The translations under genes and the position numbers were made by a program. DNA of 63,311 bases, counting the filler, from Reticulomyxa filosa (Eukaryota; Protista; Foraminifera), in assembly GCA_000512085.1 (NCBI GenBank). It is 16 parts of 16 records of this genome, joined end to end, with 100 filler letters (N's around TTAATTAATTAA, not from the genome) between each part and the next. Parts side by side here need not be neighbours in the genome. Positions count along the whole stretch, not along the records: positions 23,159 to 25,278 come from ASPP01012766.1; positions 25,379 to 26,443 come from ASPP01034043.1; positions 26,544 to 27,964 come from ASPP01001220.1; positions 28,065 to 34,328 come from ASPP01021398.1; positions 34,429 to 35,608 come from ASPP01029336.1; positions 35,709 to 44,750 come from ASPP01021084.1; 10 more parts are not named here. The stretch is one strand, 5' to 3'. Shown piece by piece: positions 24,891 to 37,900 of this stretch (positions are counted from its first letter, which is position 1; the number at the start of each line of letters is the position of its first letter). The notes beneath the pieces are model-generated. The model was not told the DNA's origin. It saw only the letters and a program-made list of their open reading frames with translations, and searched no databases.

Positions 24891-25548
24891 TAATTTGAAA
24901 AACTCTTACTTTGATTTGGAACAATATCACAAACCGGTAGAAGGACTTGACAAAAACATTTTGGATTTAAAAATATAAATATAAAATCTAGTATTTGTGT
25001 TTGATACATCACTACTACAGAGTTATGATTTATTAATATTAATACGCAATTAAAACTGTTTACAGGAAGAGTGACCACTTAAGTGTAATACGAAAGAATT
25101 GTTACTGAAACGAGCCTTCAATAAAACAAAAGTAAATCAAATAAAAAGGTAAATCGCTAGACTCAAGACAAAAATGAAAATGAAGAAATAATGATATGAC
25201 TTTTGGTGAAAGTAAAAAGGAAAAATTTTAGTAACAAAAAGGTTCAAGTCTCTTTACACTTTGACACGTTAGTAGTGCNNNNNNNNNNNNNNNNNNNNNN
25301 NNNNNNNNNNNNNNNNNNNNNNTTAATTAATTAANNNNNNNNNNNNNNNNNNNNNNNNNNNNNNNNNNNNNNNNNNNNGTTCAGTAGAAGTTACCCAACC
25401 CTCGGAGTTCTGCCAAAAACAATAGACGGGTATTTGCCTCGAGATTGCCAATTTCCCGAAAGGCGCCGAACACCCTTAAGGCTAAGATAGGATCGATACC
25501 CTCTCACACAAGCCTCCCGTTGCCAGTAAAGGAGTTACTATCTCAATT

Positions 25549-25791
25549 ACCAGGAGTTTGCACCTCGGTACACTTAAAGCAACTGAGGTCAAGGTTTTAA
25601 GCCACCTCTCACAGTCACACAACACGCAAGATGCAGAACCGACGACAATAGCCCCGAAAGTGAATTGCAACAAAAACGTTGCCAAATGGTGAAAAAGGTT
25701 AAAAACCACACATACTATAAAAAAAATTTTTAATCAATATAAAAATTAATTTTACAGTAAAAAAAATTTTCGGACTTTGACTTGAGGATTC
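25549..25791 (+). repeat. Left arm of a perfect 243-bp inverted repeat
   Basis: Exact reverse complement of 26201-26443; the same peptide appears on opposite strands in the ORF track. Confidence 0.97.
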
Positions 25792-26113
25792 CGAATGTAT
25801 TCTTGATTTTATTGTATCCAATGGATTACATATTATCATACATTGCCATTTAATGTGACATCAAGCATTGATATCACATTATGTTTATCGTCTATTCTTC
25901 CATTAATTAGTAATTGGAGAACATATGATATTGAATTGGATGTGCACTCAGATCATCTTCCAATCAAAACCACGTGGTCTTCACCACCTTGTCAAATCAA
26001 CTTGTATTGAACTGAACAAATTCAAATTCAATACTGGAGTTCCCCAAGGATCATTTGTTTGAATAAATGGAGATATTTGACATACATATGTTCATAAAAA
26101 AAAAAAAAAAAAA
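25792..26113 (+). mobile_element. Heavily deleted non-LTR retrotransposon remnant: APE endonuclease piece, RT snippets, poly(A)
   Basis: SIDITLC..NWRT..HSDHLPI (APE C-terminus), NTGVPQG, YLTYICS, then an A-run. Confidence 0.8.
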
Positions 26114-26200
26114 TATAAATCTATATTATCATCATTAACGATCGTCGTGAAAAATCGTCAAGATTATCTCTGAATCACTTCAAGTCGTTTCAACACAACA

Positions 26201-26443
26201 GAATCCTCAAGTCAAAGTCCGAAAATTTTTTTTACTGTAAAATTAATTTTTATATTGATTAAAAATTTTTTTTATAGTATGTGTGGTTTTTAACCTTTTT
26301 CACCATTTGGCAACGTTTTTGTTGCAATTCACTTTCGGGGCTATTGTCGTCGGTTCTGCATCTTGCGTGTTGTGTGACTGTGAGAGGTGGCTTAAAACCT
26401 TGACCTCAGTTGCTTTAAGTGTACCGAGGTGCAAACTCCTGGT
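26201..26443 (-). repeat. Right arm of the inverted repeat; runs into the contig end
   Basis: Exact reverse complement of 25549-25791. Confidence 0.97.
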
Positions 26444-26543
26444 NNNNNNNNNNNNNNNNNNNNNNNNNNNNNNNNNNNNNNNNNNNNTTAATTAATTAAN
26501 NNNNNNNNNNNNNNNNNNNNNNNNNNNNNNNNNNNNNNNNNNN

Positions 26544-27931
26544 TTTTTTTTTAGCTGTAATATTGAAATTCCAAAAAACGAAAAAGGAAAGGAAAAAACA
26601 TCGCAACTAAGCACCTCACTCACAAGGAATACAGTACTAAAATTACAATGTCTTACAAAGTAGGTTCAAAAAAAAAAATCCTTCGGTATTTGTGAGTCCT
26701 AAAGGACAATAATTCACTAGAGCATGAAAGCTCTGTACGATTGTATGATGTGTCTGTATGATGATGAATCCCAGGGGTTGGGGACACAATATAATCATTT
26801 GTTTCCTCTTTGGGGTTTGCCTCGCGCTTTGCTCTCGGATGCCTTCGGCCTCCGCCGAAAATTTGCTTTTGGTCTTTGTCGAAGTTTGCTTTCGGATTTT
26901 TGCCCGAATATATATATATTTTTTGAGTATCTTATAGACTTGGTCTGACACCTTTGTATGAACATAGGTATGTCAAATATCCAAGTTTCCTCGCTGCTTT
27001 GCCATAGATGTAATTAACATGCTTGAAATACGTCATGTGGGAATCAAGGAACAATCCAATATACTTTACATGATCGCATTCCTTCAGGTTTGAGTGCTGC
27101 AATGTCAATTGCATCTTTGGGAATTTCCTTTTGTTTTGATGTCTGAATGTGATGCAATGCGTTTTATCAGCTGCAATTAACGTCTTCCATTTATTTGACC
27201 AGATCACCCATTTCGTTGACATCACTTGTAAATATCGATGTCCAAAGTCGTCATCAGCAAATATTCCACATTGAATATGTTGATGGACGACTGTTGGTAA
27301 ATCATTAATATACAATAGAAACTATTGGGGGATAAAGCAGATCCTTGAGGAACTCCAGTATTAAACTGGTTTCCACGATCGATCCCCAATAATGAATTGT
27401 CTCATTGGCAGGGAAAACCACCAATTGCGACGTAATTCACTGTACCGCAAACATTCCATCAAGAAATACTCAACAGTCTCTTCTTACTCACCAAACAAAC
27501 AACAACTTTGCAGCTATAGTTTTTAATTTAAAATTGTTTGAATAGAGAGCAAAGTTGTGTCATCTATCTCATTGTAAAAAGATTTCAATTTACCCTTCAA
27601 GCTTTGGTGATCATCACTCGGCTGATTGCCTTTGTCTCAACTCTGTGGAGTTCAGAGGGCCTTCGGGACTTTTTTCTTTGGTTTCCAGGATTGAGCTTCC
27701 ATTAGGTTAGATAGGAAATATCGTGGCATTGTATGTCTTGGATTATCAATACCTTCACAAATCCAATGTCTGTTCCATTGCTCTGTAAAGAAGGGCTTTC
27801 TTGCGAGCATTATTTGCAAGATCCACTTTATCATTTCCAGGTATACCAGAATGAACTTTAATCCAATAGATCTCTGGAACTCATTACATGATCGCATTCC
27901 TTCAGGTTTGATTGCTGCAATGTTAATTGCA

Positions 27932-27940
<9 letters not shown>
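26544..27940 (-). mobile_element. Degenerate LINE remnants with RT and RNase H fragments, putative 3' end and A-tail
   Basis: TGVPQGSALSP, LYINDLP, IFADD, KYIGLFLDSHMTY..HV (RT); WIKVHSGIPGNDKVDLA (RNase H, about 27815-27865); A-run at contig edge. Confidence 0.88.
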
Positions 27941-27964
<24 letters not shown>

Positions 27965-28152
27965 NNNNNNNNNNNNNNNNNNNNNNNNNNNNNNNNNNNN
28001 NNNNNNNNTTAATTAATTAANNNNNNNNNNNNNNNNNNNNNNNNNNNNNNNNNNNNNNNNNNNNTCAACAGGTAATTTTTTTTTTTTTTTTACACATGGA
28101 CGAAAAACAAAACACAAGTGGTAATAATATGATAATTACATAATTTCAACAG

Positions 28153-29370
28153 ATGGCGCTTCCAAACGAACTTGAAAAATTGAAAAAAGAAACATGTGAC
28201 GAAGAAAAAAAATTTAAAAAGAGATGGAGAAAAAAAAAAAAAGAAGAAGAAGAAGAAGAAAAAAAAAAGGAAAATGATAATAATGACACATTGTCAAAGT
28301 CCGAAAACAATGAAGAGAACTGCGATATTTTCCCATCGTCATCTAAATTACTCAAAACTTTCAATGGACATACTGATATTGTGCTCAGTATTGATTGTTC
28401 GATACTTGATGATGGCCAGTTTATTTGCTCTGGATCAATTGATAAAGCACTTGTATGGAATATGGATACCACTCAAAAAATTCAATCATTTCGTGGGCAT
28501 TCAGGCTCTGTGAATTGTGTAAAATTTTCACCTTATCATTATCAATATCATCACCGTAATGCCATTTGCTCTTCATCCGAAGATAAAACTATTCGCATTT
28601 GGGATCGTGAATATGGCAGAGAATTCCAAATATTCAATGGACATACTGGCCATGTTTCTGATATTGAATTCTCAAAATTTTATTGTGGTCGATATTTGTG
28701 CTCTGGATCAGGTGACAAGACTATTCGTTTATGGGATGTTGAAACATCTAAATCATTACATGTTTTCAATGGACATATACATTGGATTTTGTGCGTGGAC
28801 TTTTCACCTGTGCAAAGCAATAACAACAATGATTATAGAAGCAATGGTATTGGTGTGATTGGTGGTAATGGATATACCATTTGTTCTGGATCAATTGATA
28901 ACACCATTCGAATATGGGATATTGAAACTACCAAACAACTCAATGTATTCGAAGGACACGAACATTGGATTAGGAGTGTAAAATATGGGCCAAATGAATT
29001 AGGGGTGATTGGTGGCGCAAATACAATACTATCTGGATCAAATGATAAAAGTGTTCGTTTGTGGGATATTCGATCTGGTCAACAAATTCAAATGTTCAAT
29101 GGACATACAAGTATTGTATGTGCTGTTGAGCATTTACCACTTTTGGTAAATAGTAGTCAACATGCCATATGTTCTGGATCAAAAGATAATACAATTCAAT
29201 TTTGGGATATTCGATCAAATAAGAGACTATATTTGATCAAAGGAGATGAGAAAGAAGACAACGGAATAACGTGTCTTAAATTTTTATCATTGAAAGACGA
29301 TGATACAAATTTATGTTACGGTACATACAATGGTCCCATTCGTGTTTTGGATATGAACACATATCAATGA
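28153..29370 (+). CDS. WD40-repeat protein, lineage-expanded family
   Basis: About 7 GH..WD repeats, GVIGGNGYTICSGS insert, C-terminal NLCYGTYNGPI; intact 405-aa ORF, start may lie further upstream. Confidence 0.92.
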   Translation: MALPNELEKLKKETCDEEKKFKKRWRKKKKEEEEEEKKKENDNNDTLSKSENNEENCDIFPSSSKLLKTFNGHTDIVLSIDCSILDDGQFICSGSIDKALVWNMDTTQKIQSFRGHSGSVNCVKFSPYHYQYHHRNAICSSSEDKTIRIWDREYGREFQIFNGHTGHVSDIEFSKFYCGRYLCSGSGDKTIRLWDVETSKSLHVFNGHIHWILCVDFSPVQSNNNNDYRSNGIGVIGGNGYTICSGSIDNTIRIWDIETTKQLNVFEGHEHWIRSVKYGPNELGVIGGANTILSGSNDKSVRLWDIRSGQQIQMFNGHTSIVCAVEHLPLLVNSSQHAICSGSKDNTIQFWDIRSNKRLYLIKGDEKEDNGITCLKFLSLKDDDTNLCYGTYNGPIRVLDMNTYQ

Positions 29371-32300
29371 ACTTTTCTTTAAGTTTCCTAAAATTTTATT
29401 ACGTGATAAGACATGAATAAAAGTGTTTTTAAAGAATTTGTTTACAAGCTATTCTCAATTTTCTAATTTTACATATTGTGACGTTGCTTGTTTTTTAAAA
29501 AGCAAAATTCCTAAAAAAGCAAACCAAAGAATGACATCAATTGAATTTGTTATTCTTTGATCATATAATAAGTATCAAAGAATAAAATAAATAGAACAAC
29601 CAAGACAAGTATAATATCAATTTTTTCACTGCAGTTAACAAAAACATTTAATTTTAAAATTAATTTAGAAAAATACTTTCCTCTGATGAATTGGATTTCT
29701 CAGTCAATGATATAACTAGTGTTTCACAAGTACAATTACATAGATATACAAGCATATCGTTGTCATTTTCAGTTTGTAAAGATGTTAGATTTGTTAGTTT
29801 CTAAGTGTCTTTTTTCAAATATTTGCTTTGTGTTATCACCGTTACTGTGTCTCGAATGTGTTAGTTGCAATTTTTTTCTAACCAAACTTTTGGCTGACCA
29901 TGATCTAAAAACAGGTGGATCAATTTATTGAATATATAGAAACAACATGTTTTGTTAACGTCACTGAAGATTTCTTTTTTTATTTTTTTTAATGTTCTTT
30001 AGCCCGATCGTCAAATCATACAATTTTGTGTCATCAGGTCTTTTATTTCAAGCATCACGCCCAACGTTCAAATTGTGACTTTATTTCCTCTTTTGCCTTT
30101 TCAATTTTTATTCACAGTTTTTAAAAATAGATTTTTTGAACTGTCACGGTAGTTTGCTGTTATGTGACTAGATATCGTAACAGTCAATTTTAGTAAAATG
30201 ATTCACAATATGGTCGCTAGTGTCGACAAGCTGCATCATTTTAAAGAATGATAAACAATATAAATCAATATAGTGAAAAATTTTTACCTTTGACGCAGAA
30301 ATACTTTTCTTAAAAAAAGGCTTAGTTCGTTAAAAACACACGTCAGAGTTTTTTCCAACATCAATGAAGTGGTTTTGCGTCGACATAAAACATTTTTTTA
30401 AAAGATTGTCCAAAATTTGATCACTGACATGATTGTTATTATTCTTGAAAAGGTGCGTTTTCAACTTTGATCAATTTGATTTATTTGAAATTTCCACAAA
30501 CATAAACAGTAGTACAATGTTTTATTTTTGAAAGTCATGTTATCAATTTAAAATTTATCAATTACTATGTCAAATTTCTTTTCAAATGCACTTTGTTCAC
30601 CGTTGTTAAGATTGAAACACTTCGCTAGTTTTTTTACTGAAATGAAGTATAGAGTACATCGTTTAGTAAACCAGTTACGGGGGACTCTTGGCGTAGAACA
30701 CGCGCATCAAATACTACCAAAAGTAAAACAATTATGTAACCAAGAAGAGTGACACAATATCCGATTTGTACAATCATATTGTTCGAGAAGAGAAAAAAAA
30801 TTTTCCTTTTTTTCGCTATTTAAAAGTCATTTGTGAATCAAAAATTTTCTTTTCCGTGCAGTTTCATTTACAAAATCAGCGCGTCAGCAGCCAAAAAAAC
30901 AAATGTGAAGCAAGGAGAACAACCACAAATGAATTAAATGCTTTTTCATTTTGTACTCAAGAACTTAATTAAAAAAAACTTTTTGATTATTGTGGTTTTG
31001 CCTGTAATTCAAAGAAATGATGATAGATTTTTTGTTTCTTATGTTCTATTTTTTTTTAGAAAAATTTATAAAACTGGAATGGAATAAAGGTAAAAAAAGG
31101 CATTAAAAAAAGTACACTTCAATTATAGTCGTATTTTTCAACATCTTGGACAAATCAATCGAAACCAGGAGTTTATTGTTTTCAGTTCGTTATGCGTAAA
31201 AAGATAGATGTATTATTCAAAAATTATAAAAAGTGGTAAGGGGAGAGTAAACGGTAATGCATTTACTAATTTCAGAAATATGTAAAAGATTATAACATTT
31301 GCTCATTCTTTTATTTTCAGTAGACAAAGCCAAATCCTTTGTCTAAAAGTATATTTTCACTCCTTCAAAAGAGAGCAAAATGTTAATATTCCAAAGATAG
31401 TGTTTTTGAAACTGTGTACTTCCAGAAAAAAAGCAGTAAAATTCCATTAAAAAGGTGTTTTGCATAAAACGCTAAAATAACAAGTAAACTTTCATCTTCC
31501 TTTGTGCGTTATCTTATATTAAAATTACAATGTGAATATTTCAGTGGAATACACTTGTAATTTAAAAAATTAACAATTGCTTCGACAAAAAAAGACGTTG
31601 ATTTTTCGTTGAATTTTGGGAAACGATAGGTTCAGTTCGAACTGTGATCATTTAAGGAATAGGAAAGCACTCTTCTCGTCGTTACCGTTTTTCACTGCTG
31701 TAGAGTTTCTCAACAGTGCCTTGTCTCTGCAAAACTCTTCAACATACTGTGTGTAGTGGGTCTCCAAGTGTCCCAAATTATCATTTTAAAAAAAGTCAAA
31801 TTGAAAAATATTTTCAGTGCATTTGACACTGTTGAATTGGCAAAAAGTCTGGTCAGGACACAGACGAACAGGCACATGTCCACGTGCAAAGGGTAGTTTT
31901 GGAAAATTTTTTAAAAATGATCTGTTTAGCATTACTAGATTCATAAATATCCCTGGAAACAACAAACCTTTGTACGTAATCTCTTAACATATCATTTCAG
32001 AAAAGGTCATTGGCAGGCAGAAATAAAAGAAACGTTTTTTTATCCCCAATTCTTGTTTTATCTTATCTATTGGAGCGGAAAAAAAACTAGCAAGAATTTT
32101 TTATGTAAAAAAACTTAGATTTTTTTTCTGTCGATATTTTAACGAAAATAGGAAACGATCAGCCAAAAAAACGCACAAAATCAAAACTGTTTTCGGAGAC
32201 AAAAAACATTTTTGGGCCGTTTTTATGATGCATGCGTCCAAAAATGTACAGCTTTTTTTTTGACGTATGCCTCGTGGTGACACTTTTTTTGGGACTTGAT

Positions 32301-32883
32301 TAAAGGAAAAGACATTGTATGTGTAAAGCTAGCAATAAGTAATTTTGGAAAATTGACAAAAATTTTGTTTTTTATTATGCACGGGACAGAATTGACGAAT
32401 ACGTCTTAAAAAAAATGCGTTTTTTGACGTGTGCATAACATAAAAAACGGGAGCGGAACATTTTTTGATGAGTCGAAGAAATTTTTGTGCATTAGCCACA
32501 TTTCTGAGAAATGTCTCAACATTTTTTTCTCGTTAGGCCAAACTTTTGCACAGGCCAAAAAAGTTAATTTTGTGATAATAAGTCCTGATATCACAGATCA
32601 TGTCATGCTTTCAAAAAAGCTACAGCAAGTTCAAAAGGCCGCCAAATAAAATCATTTTTTTTTAAAACGTTCCCCCTCAGCACTGCCCCATACGCATGAA
32701 ATCACAAACAACATGGCGAAAAAAAGCCGCAAATACGCATACCAAAATGTGGTTTAAGTTTTTCTTTTTAGTTGTTTTTTTTGGTTTTTTTTTTGTTTAA
32801 AAAATTAGGGCATTAAAATCCGTGGTGCTCTACTGTTCACTTGCACGGACAGGGACGTTTTCCCTTCCAAGCGCAGGAATGCG

Positions 32884-34309
32884 TCAAATCCAGGCCTCGT
32901 CTTCATCATTGTCGACATCGAGGGCGTCTTCGAGTTCAGCAAAATTGACAGCATACCTCAAGAAGCCTTTGGTGGAAAAGAAAGGACATAAATTTTTTTT
33001 TTGGATAGAACGTAAAATACGTATAATACAAATATTATACACAATAAAAAAAAAAAATACCTCCAATTCCGCCAAAACCTTTAACAAATTGAGCACCTTC
33101 CTGTGAGCGATCAGTAACAAATTCTATTTTACAGCCATAGCTTTTATATTGCGAGGCGAGCCATTCAAGAAATTCATCTTGTTGAACAATTTCCCAGACA
33201 AGACCAGTAGATTCATCTTTTAAGAAGTCTTGAGAACTTTGCGCTTCTTTAGGTGTAAGATAGATTTCTTTTTTTTCATCAGTGGTAGGATGTTTAACTT
33301 GTATTCTCAAAAGATCAAGATTTTCCCAAACAATGCAAGTTTCTAAAGCACCCATTTCCATAGCACGAATAGTATCACGATAGCCAAAGCAATACTTGTT
33401 AGTATCTTTGGCAATTTCTTGCATAAAATCCATTAACAATTTTTTTTCACGGACAAATTTAACGTTAGCCAAAGCATCTTTACTTAATTCAATCGCTTGA
33501 TTAAAACCGTTTTCACCACCATAGGAAGTATCGACAATTTTAATGACAACAGCTTTTAATCTGCCATCTAAAATATCACTATTGAACAGATCATTTTTAA
33601 AATTAGCACTACCAGCTAAAACCAAACCTTCTACATTAGGTAAGTCATTTGTTATAAAATGTTGTGTGGCTGTTTCTGCGCATTTTCGCACATAATTATG
33701 TCTTTTTTCCATACGTAATCTTGCAAAGCGCACTGATGATTGTCCACCTCTACCATGTTTTTTAGGCAATTCTACTGTAAATTTTTGTAACACGTTACAT
33801 GTACTACCGGATAATGTACCGTACAAACAACCATTACCATCCATTACTATAAAACCAAATGTGGCATCACTTTCTAACAATTCATTCAATGGTTCCACGT
33901 GAAATTTATTATCACATAAATATAATGACGTGTTTATAGGCTTAAATGGTTCAAAATGTATTGACATCTTTTTTTCTTTTCCATCATCTGTCATTACTGC
34001 ACCGCAATACACTACTAAACCATTTTTAGGTACTTTAGTATACAATTTTAATCTTTCTCTTGCGCTTGTTATTGCCGACAATACTGACAAACGGTTTACT
34101 CTTGATTTTATGTGTGATGCTGTCCCGTGTTCATCTTGTAACATTTTTTGTACTCTTGATATTTGATCTTTTGGTGGTACTACCAACGATATCATTGATG
34201 TTCCGTTTCCCCGTGCTTGTGACAAGTGTTTTATTAAATTTTTTATTTTCCATTGTTCAACAAGTGTATCATGTTCACTTGAGCTCGAATCGTCTGCTTT
34301 TTTTGCCAT
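32884..34309 (-). CDS. eRF1: Eukaryotic peptide chain release factor 1; exons 34309-33061 and 32966-32884
   Basis: [12 protein letters not shown](H)[24 protein letters not shown]|FLRY; GT-AG intron 33060-32967. Confidence 0.98.
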
Positions 34310-35243
34310 TTTTTAAAGTTATTTTCTTNNNNNNNNNNNNNNNNNNNNNNNNNNNNNNNNNNNNNNNNNNNNTTAATTAATTAANNNNNNNNNNNNNNNN
34401 NNNNNNNNNNNNNNNNNNNNNNNNNNNNCATTTTCCTGTTTTAAGTATTTTGATGCTGTTCATGCAATGCAGTTTGATATGTCTTGTGTTGACAATCAAG
34501 AAACTGGAATTATTCTAAACAGTCACAAAAACATAATACAAACATTGATTAAAATTAAGTGCGCATTTTCTTTAGACAAAGTACACAAGGTTTTTGAGAG
34601 TTAACTTGATGTTTTGCGCAATTCATACTTTGCTTATTTTATGATTGTGAAATAAAAAAAAACACTTTGTTTTATCATCATGGTGTTTTCCAATATACTT
34701 GATGCAGGCAAACACTATTTCGGATCATTTTCATAATAGTCCATCTATAATGCTTTTCTTGATAGCCACAGTTGATCCATGATCATATTCCCTTCTCTTA
34801 TTATGTTTTGATTGATGCACTGTCTAAAATGATTCAATATTAGTTTGCCTTTTTTTTATATCTATCACTGTATTCTTCAAAAAAATTCAATGATATCAAC
34901 AATATTTCAAGTTTTTAAATAATATTCCGTGTTCATCAAAACAGAAAAAATTATATCATGAATTACTAAAAAAACAATCATGCTCTATTATACGAAAAAC
35001 ACAACACTTGAAATATCTTGCAATTTATTTCGATATTTGATACAAATCTTATTTATTATGCTTTTAAACTCTTCCAAAAACATTGAATGCAGCATTTTCA
35101 ATTTTTTTAAACAACAAACTAAAATAAAACGCATCATTCAATGCTGACATTCAATCAATCAAACAAATTTGATACCACCTTACTTTTCTTCAATCAAACG
35201 TTTCAAAAAAAAATTATCATTTCTTATTTGACAAAACAGTAAA

Positions 35244-35608
35244 TTATCCCCAAATGTGAATGGGACCTTTGCCTGAACCATAACACAAATTCAAATCATA
35301 TTTAACATTCTTTGTATTCTCTTTCTTTTTCAATCCAATAAACTTAAGACACCATATTCCCCAATCTTCTTTCTCATCTCCTTCGACTATATACAATTCA
35401 TTCTTATTTGATCGAATATCCCAAAAACGAATTGTACTATCATATGATCCAGAACATATCACATTTGAATTACCAATACTATTCTTTATTACAAATGGTG
35501 AATATTCAACAGATAGTACATAACGTGTATGTCCATTAAACACTTGAATTTGTTGACTAGATCGAATATCCCACAAGCGAACACTTTTATCTTGTGATCC
35601 AGATAATA
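35244..35608 (-). CDS. WD40-repeat protein, 3' part
   Basis: SVRLWDIRS..VFNGH..SGSYDSTIRFWD..NLCYGSGKGPIHIWG; same family as 28153-29370. Confidence 0.88.
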
Positions 35609-35708
35609 NNNNNNNNNNNNNNNNNNNNNNNNNNNNNNNNNNNNNNNNNNNNTTAATTAATTAANNNNNNNNNNNNNNNNNNNNNNNNNNNNNNNNNNNN
35701 NNNNNNNN

Positions 35709-36082
35709 TTTTTTGCTATTGATACGTATTATGCAAGAAAACAAGGAAGCAGTGAAAGGGAAAAAAAAACTTGGATGATCTTTAGGGCATAAGTAAAATG
35801 AGTTCGCGGGTCGACAACTTTGTACACTGTTGCACTTGTACCGGTCCCCATTGGAATCAACAATTGCAAAGACCCTATCCATTCGAAACTTTTCACTTGT
35901 TGGATGCTGTCCATTGAGTCTATTGGCCTTTTGTCAATCTCATTTTCTTTGTCGCTTTCGCTCGTTTCCTTGGCTGCTTGTCTCTTTGCTGTTTTTAAAT
36001 ATTTCTCTTTTCTGTCGCTTTTCTTTAGTAAGTCGGGCAGTTTTGTCGAAACTGAAAAACAAGACGACAAGTGGTTGCCCAT
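35709..36082 (-). CDS. Protein kinase, 5' part (subdomains I-II) with possible N-myristoylation signal
   Basis: MGNHLSSC start; MGTGTSATVYKV..YALKII. Confidence 0.75.
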
Positions 36083-36489
36083 CACTTCGATCAATGTATT
36101 GAGAAAATTTAATAGTTGATTGTGTATTTTCCTGATTTGTTCCCTTTTCTTTCCTTTGTCCAAGTAAACTTTAAAAATGTTCCTTCTTCCTTTTAAACAC
36201 AACACGGCAAAACTGCCTTGAACTGTCAAAAAGGGTCGTTTATCTCTTGTGATCCAAGGCATAATGATTTGTTGTGCTATTTAACTTTTGAATAAATCTA
36301 ATTGGCAAAAATACCTTATCTTCCGTAGTGAGGCATCACTGCTTTCAAACAGATTCAACACATGTTAAATGCACTTACAATTATATTTTGCTACTTTGAC
36401 ACTTAAATCAAAATGAAAAAAATATTTCATGTTTTCCTTATCATTTTTTTAATTTTGCTTTGTTTCTTTGAATCAGAGTATTCCTCTCT

Positions 36490-37900
36490 ACTTTAAAACA
36501 ATTTTCATTCCAGCGCCAACTTGTCTGCTAGAGTAACCACTATTGATAAGCGCTTGTAATTCAAAGGTCCCTATATTATTTTGTTAGATTTGTTACAGTA
36601 AAGTTGGGCAAAGTATAGTTACCTGTTTGCCTGCATGTCATTGTGATATTACCAACGATGTCAACCAAATCATGGATGCAAACAGCTTCTGAGAAATTTT
36701 TTGTCCATCCCTCACTGAAATTGGAACCAGCTGGATCAAACAGGAGTTCCTCGCCTGCAGCTGTGATGCAATCTCGCTCTGACTGAAATTGTGCTGTATT
36801 TATTGCATTTATTTTGTTTGTCCATTTACACCTGGCTCTGTTCAAAACAAAACAAATGAGCAAACTTTGATATTAAAACTAGAAGTCCCTCTGTCTTTGC
36901 TAATATCACCGATCTGGAAAAACAGATGAGACCTGTTTGTGGATTTGAAATTTTTGACGTCGTGGGTATTAAGGCAATAGAATGCCAAAATGTCAATGGT
37001 ATCATCCTTGGACAAGACATTTGTGGGCAGGACATTGGCAACGAAAAACGCAGGTGTCATCAATGGAAACCTAATTTCAAAAATAAATGATTGCATCTGT
37101 TGATAACAGCTATTGCTATTACTCTCCTCTTTCGATCTTTACGCATACATATATGTGCAAATGGTACATTTTACAAAAGGGATTTGGAAAGTGATAATAA
37201 TAGCAACAATAACAAAAAAACCAAAACACAAAATAAAAGCACTTTTCAGCGTTTTCTTGGGCTTGACTCCATTTCACGCAAGCCGTCCATAACAGCTCCT
37301 CATTCACGTCGCAGCAGTTCTCAAGGAACAGCTTGACAGCCCCACTTTTCAATTGAGTAAATTCTTTCGATTCGATAAATCGCCCGAGCCATTGGTCTTG
37401 AAACAAAATATCTTTCCACAAACTGTCCAGTTGATACTCGTATAGTTCATTGAGAATATGCACAATTGATTCCATATTTGTGCGCGCTAAAATAAACTTT
37501 ACACATCTTTTCTTCAACCCCTTAATCAAATACTTGTTCGAAATGTACAGAACCTCGCTGATCATTTCTTCATCTAGTTTTGCTTTGACCCCATAACACA
37601 CATGCCGGATAAAATCAAAGCATTTTGGACTCATATCATTGATACGTACAATAGAGCCATGTGCAATTCTCTCTTCTAATGTCACGCCAAAAATAATGTA
37701 CGAAATATCTCTGAGTGTGCTGCTAGAGATTCTCGGATACACGGAAATTGGACAGATTCCCCTGTCTTTTGATCTATTATTTCAACTATAACATTAGACA
37801 GGCTCTTCTCTGTAAACAGCTTTGAAACACTAGTGTTAAAAGACGTTGGGTCCATGGTGACAAATACTTCTTTTGAGGCTTGAGTATTATCACTTGACAT
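36490..37900 (-). CDS. BTB/POZ-BACK domain protein, multi-exon; 1-nt frameshift near 37693
   Basis: LAAHSEIFRTLF, VRINDMSPKCF, SNKYLIKGLKKRC, VNEELLWTACVKWS, IRFPLM. Confidence 0.8.

Noticed and set aside
25482-26495. Duplicated 70-75 aa ORF MVFNLFHH as a protein gene
   Set aside because: By-product of the inverted repeat; GTG start and no recognisable domain
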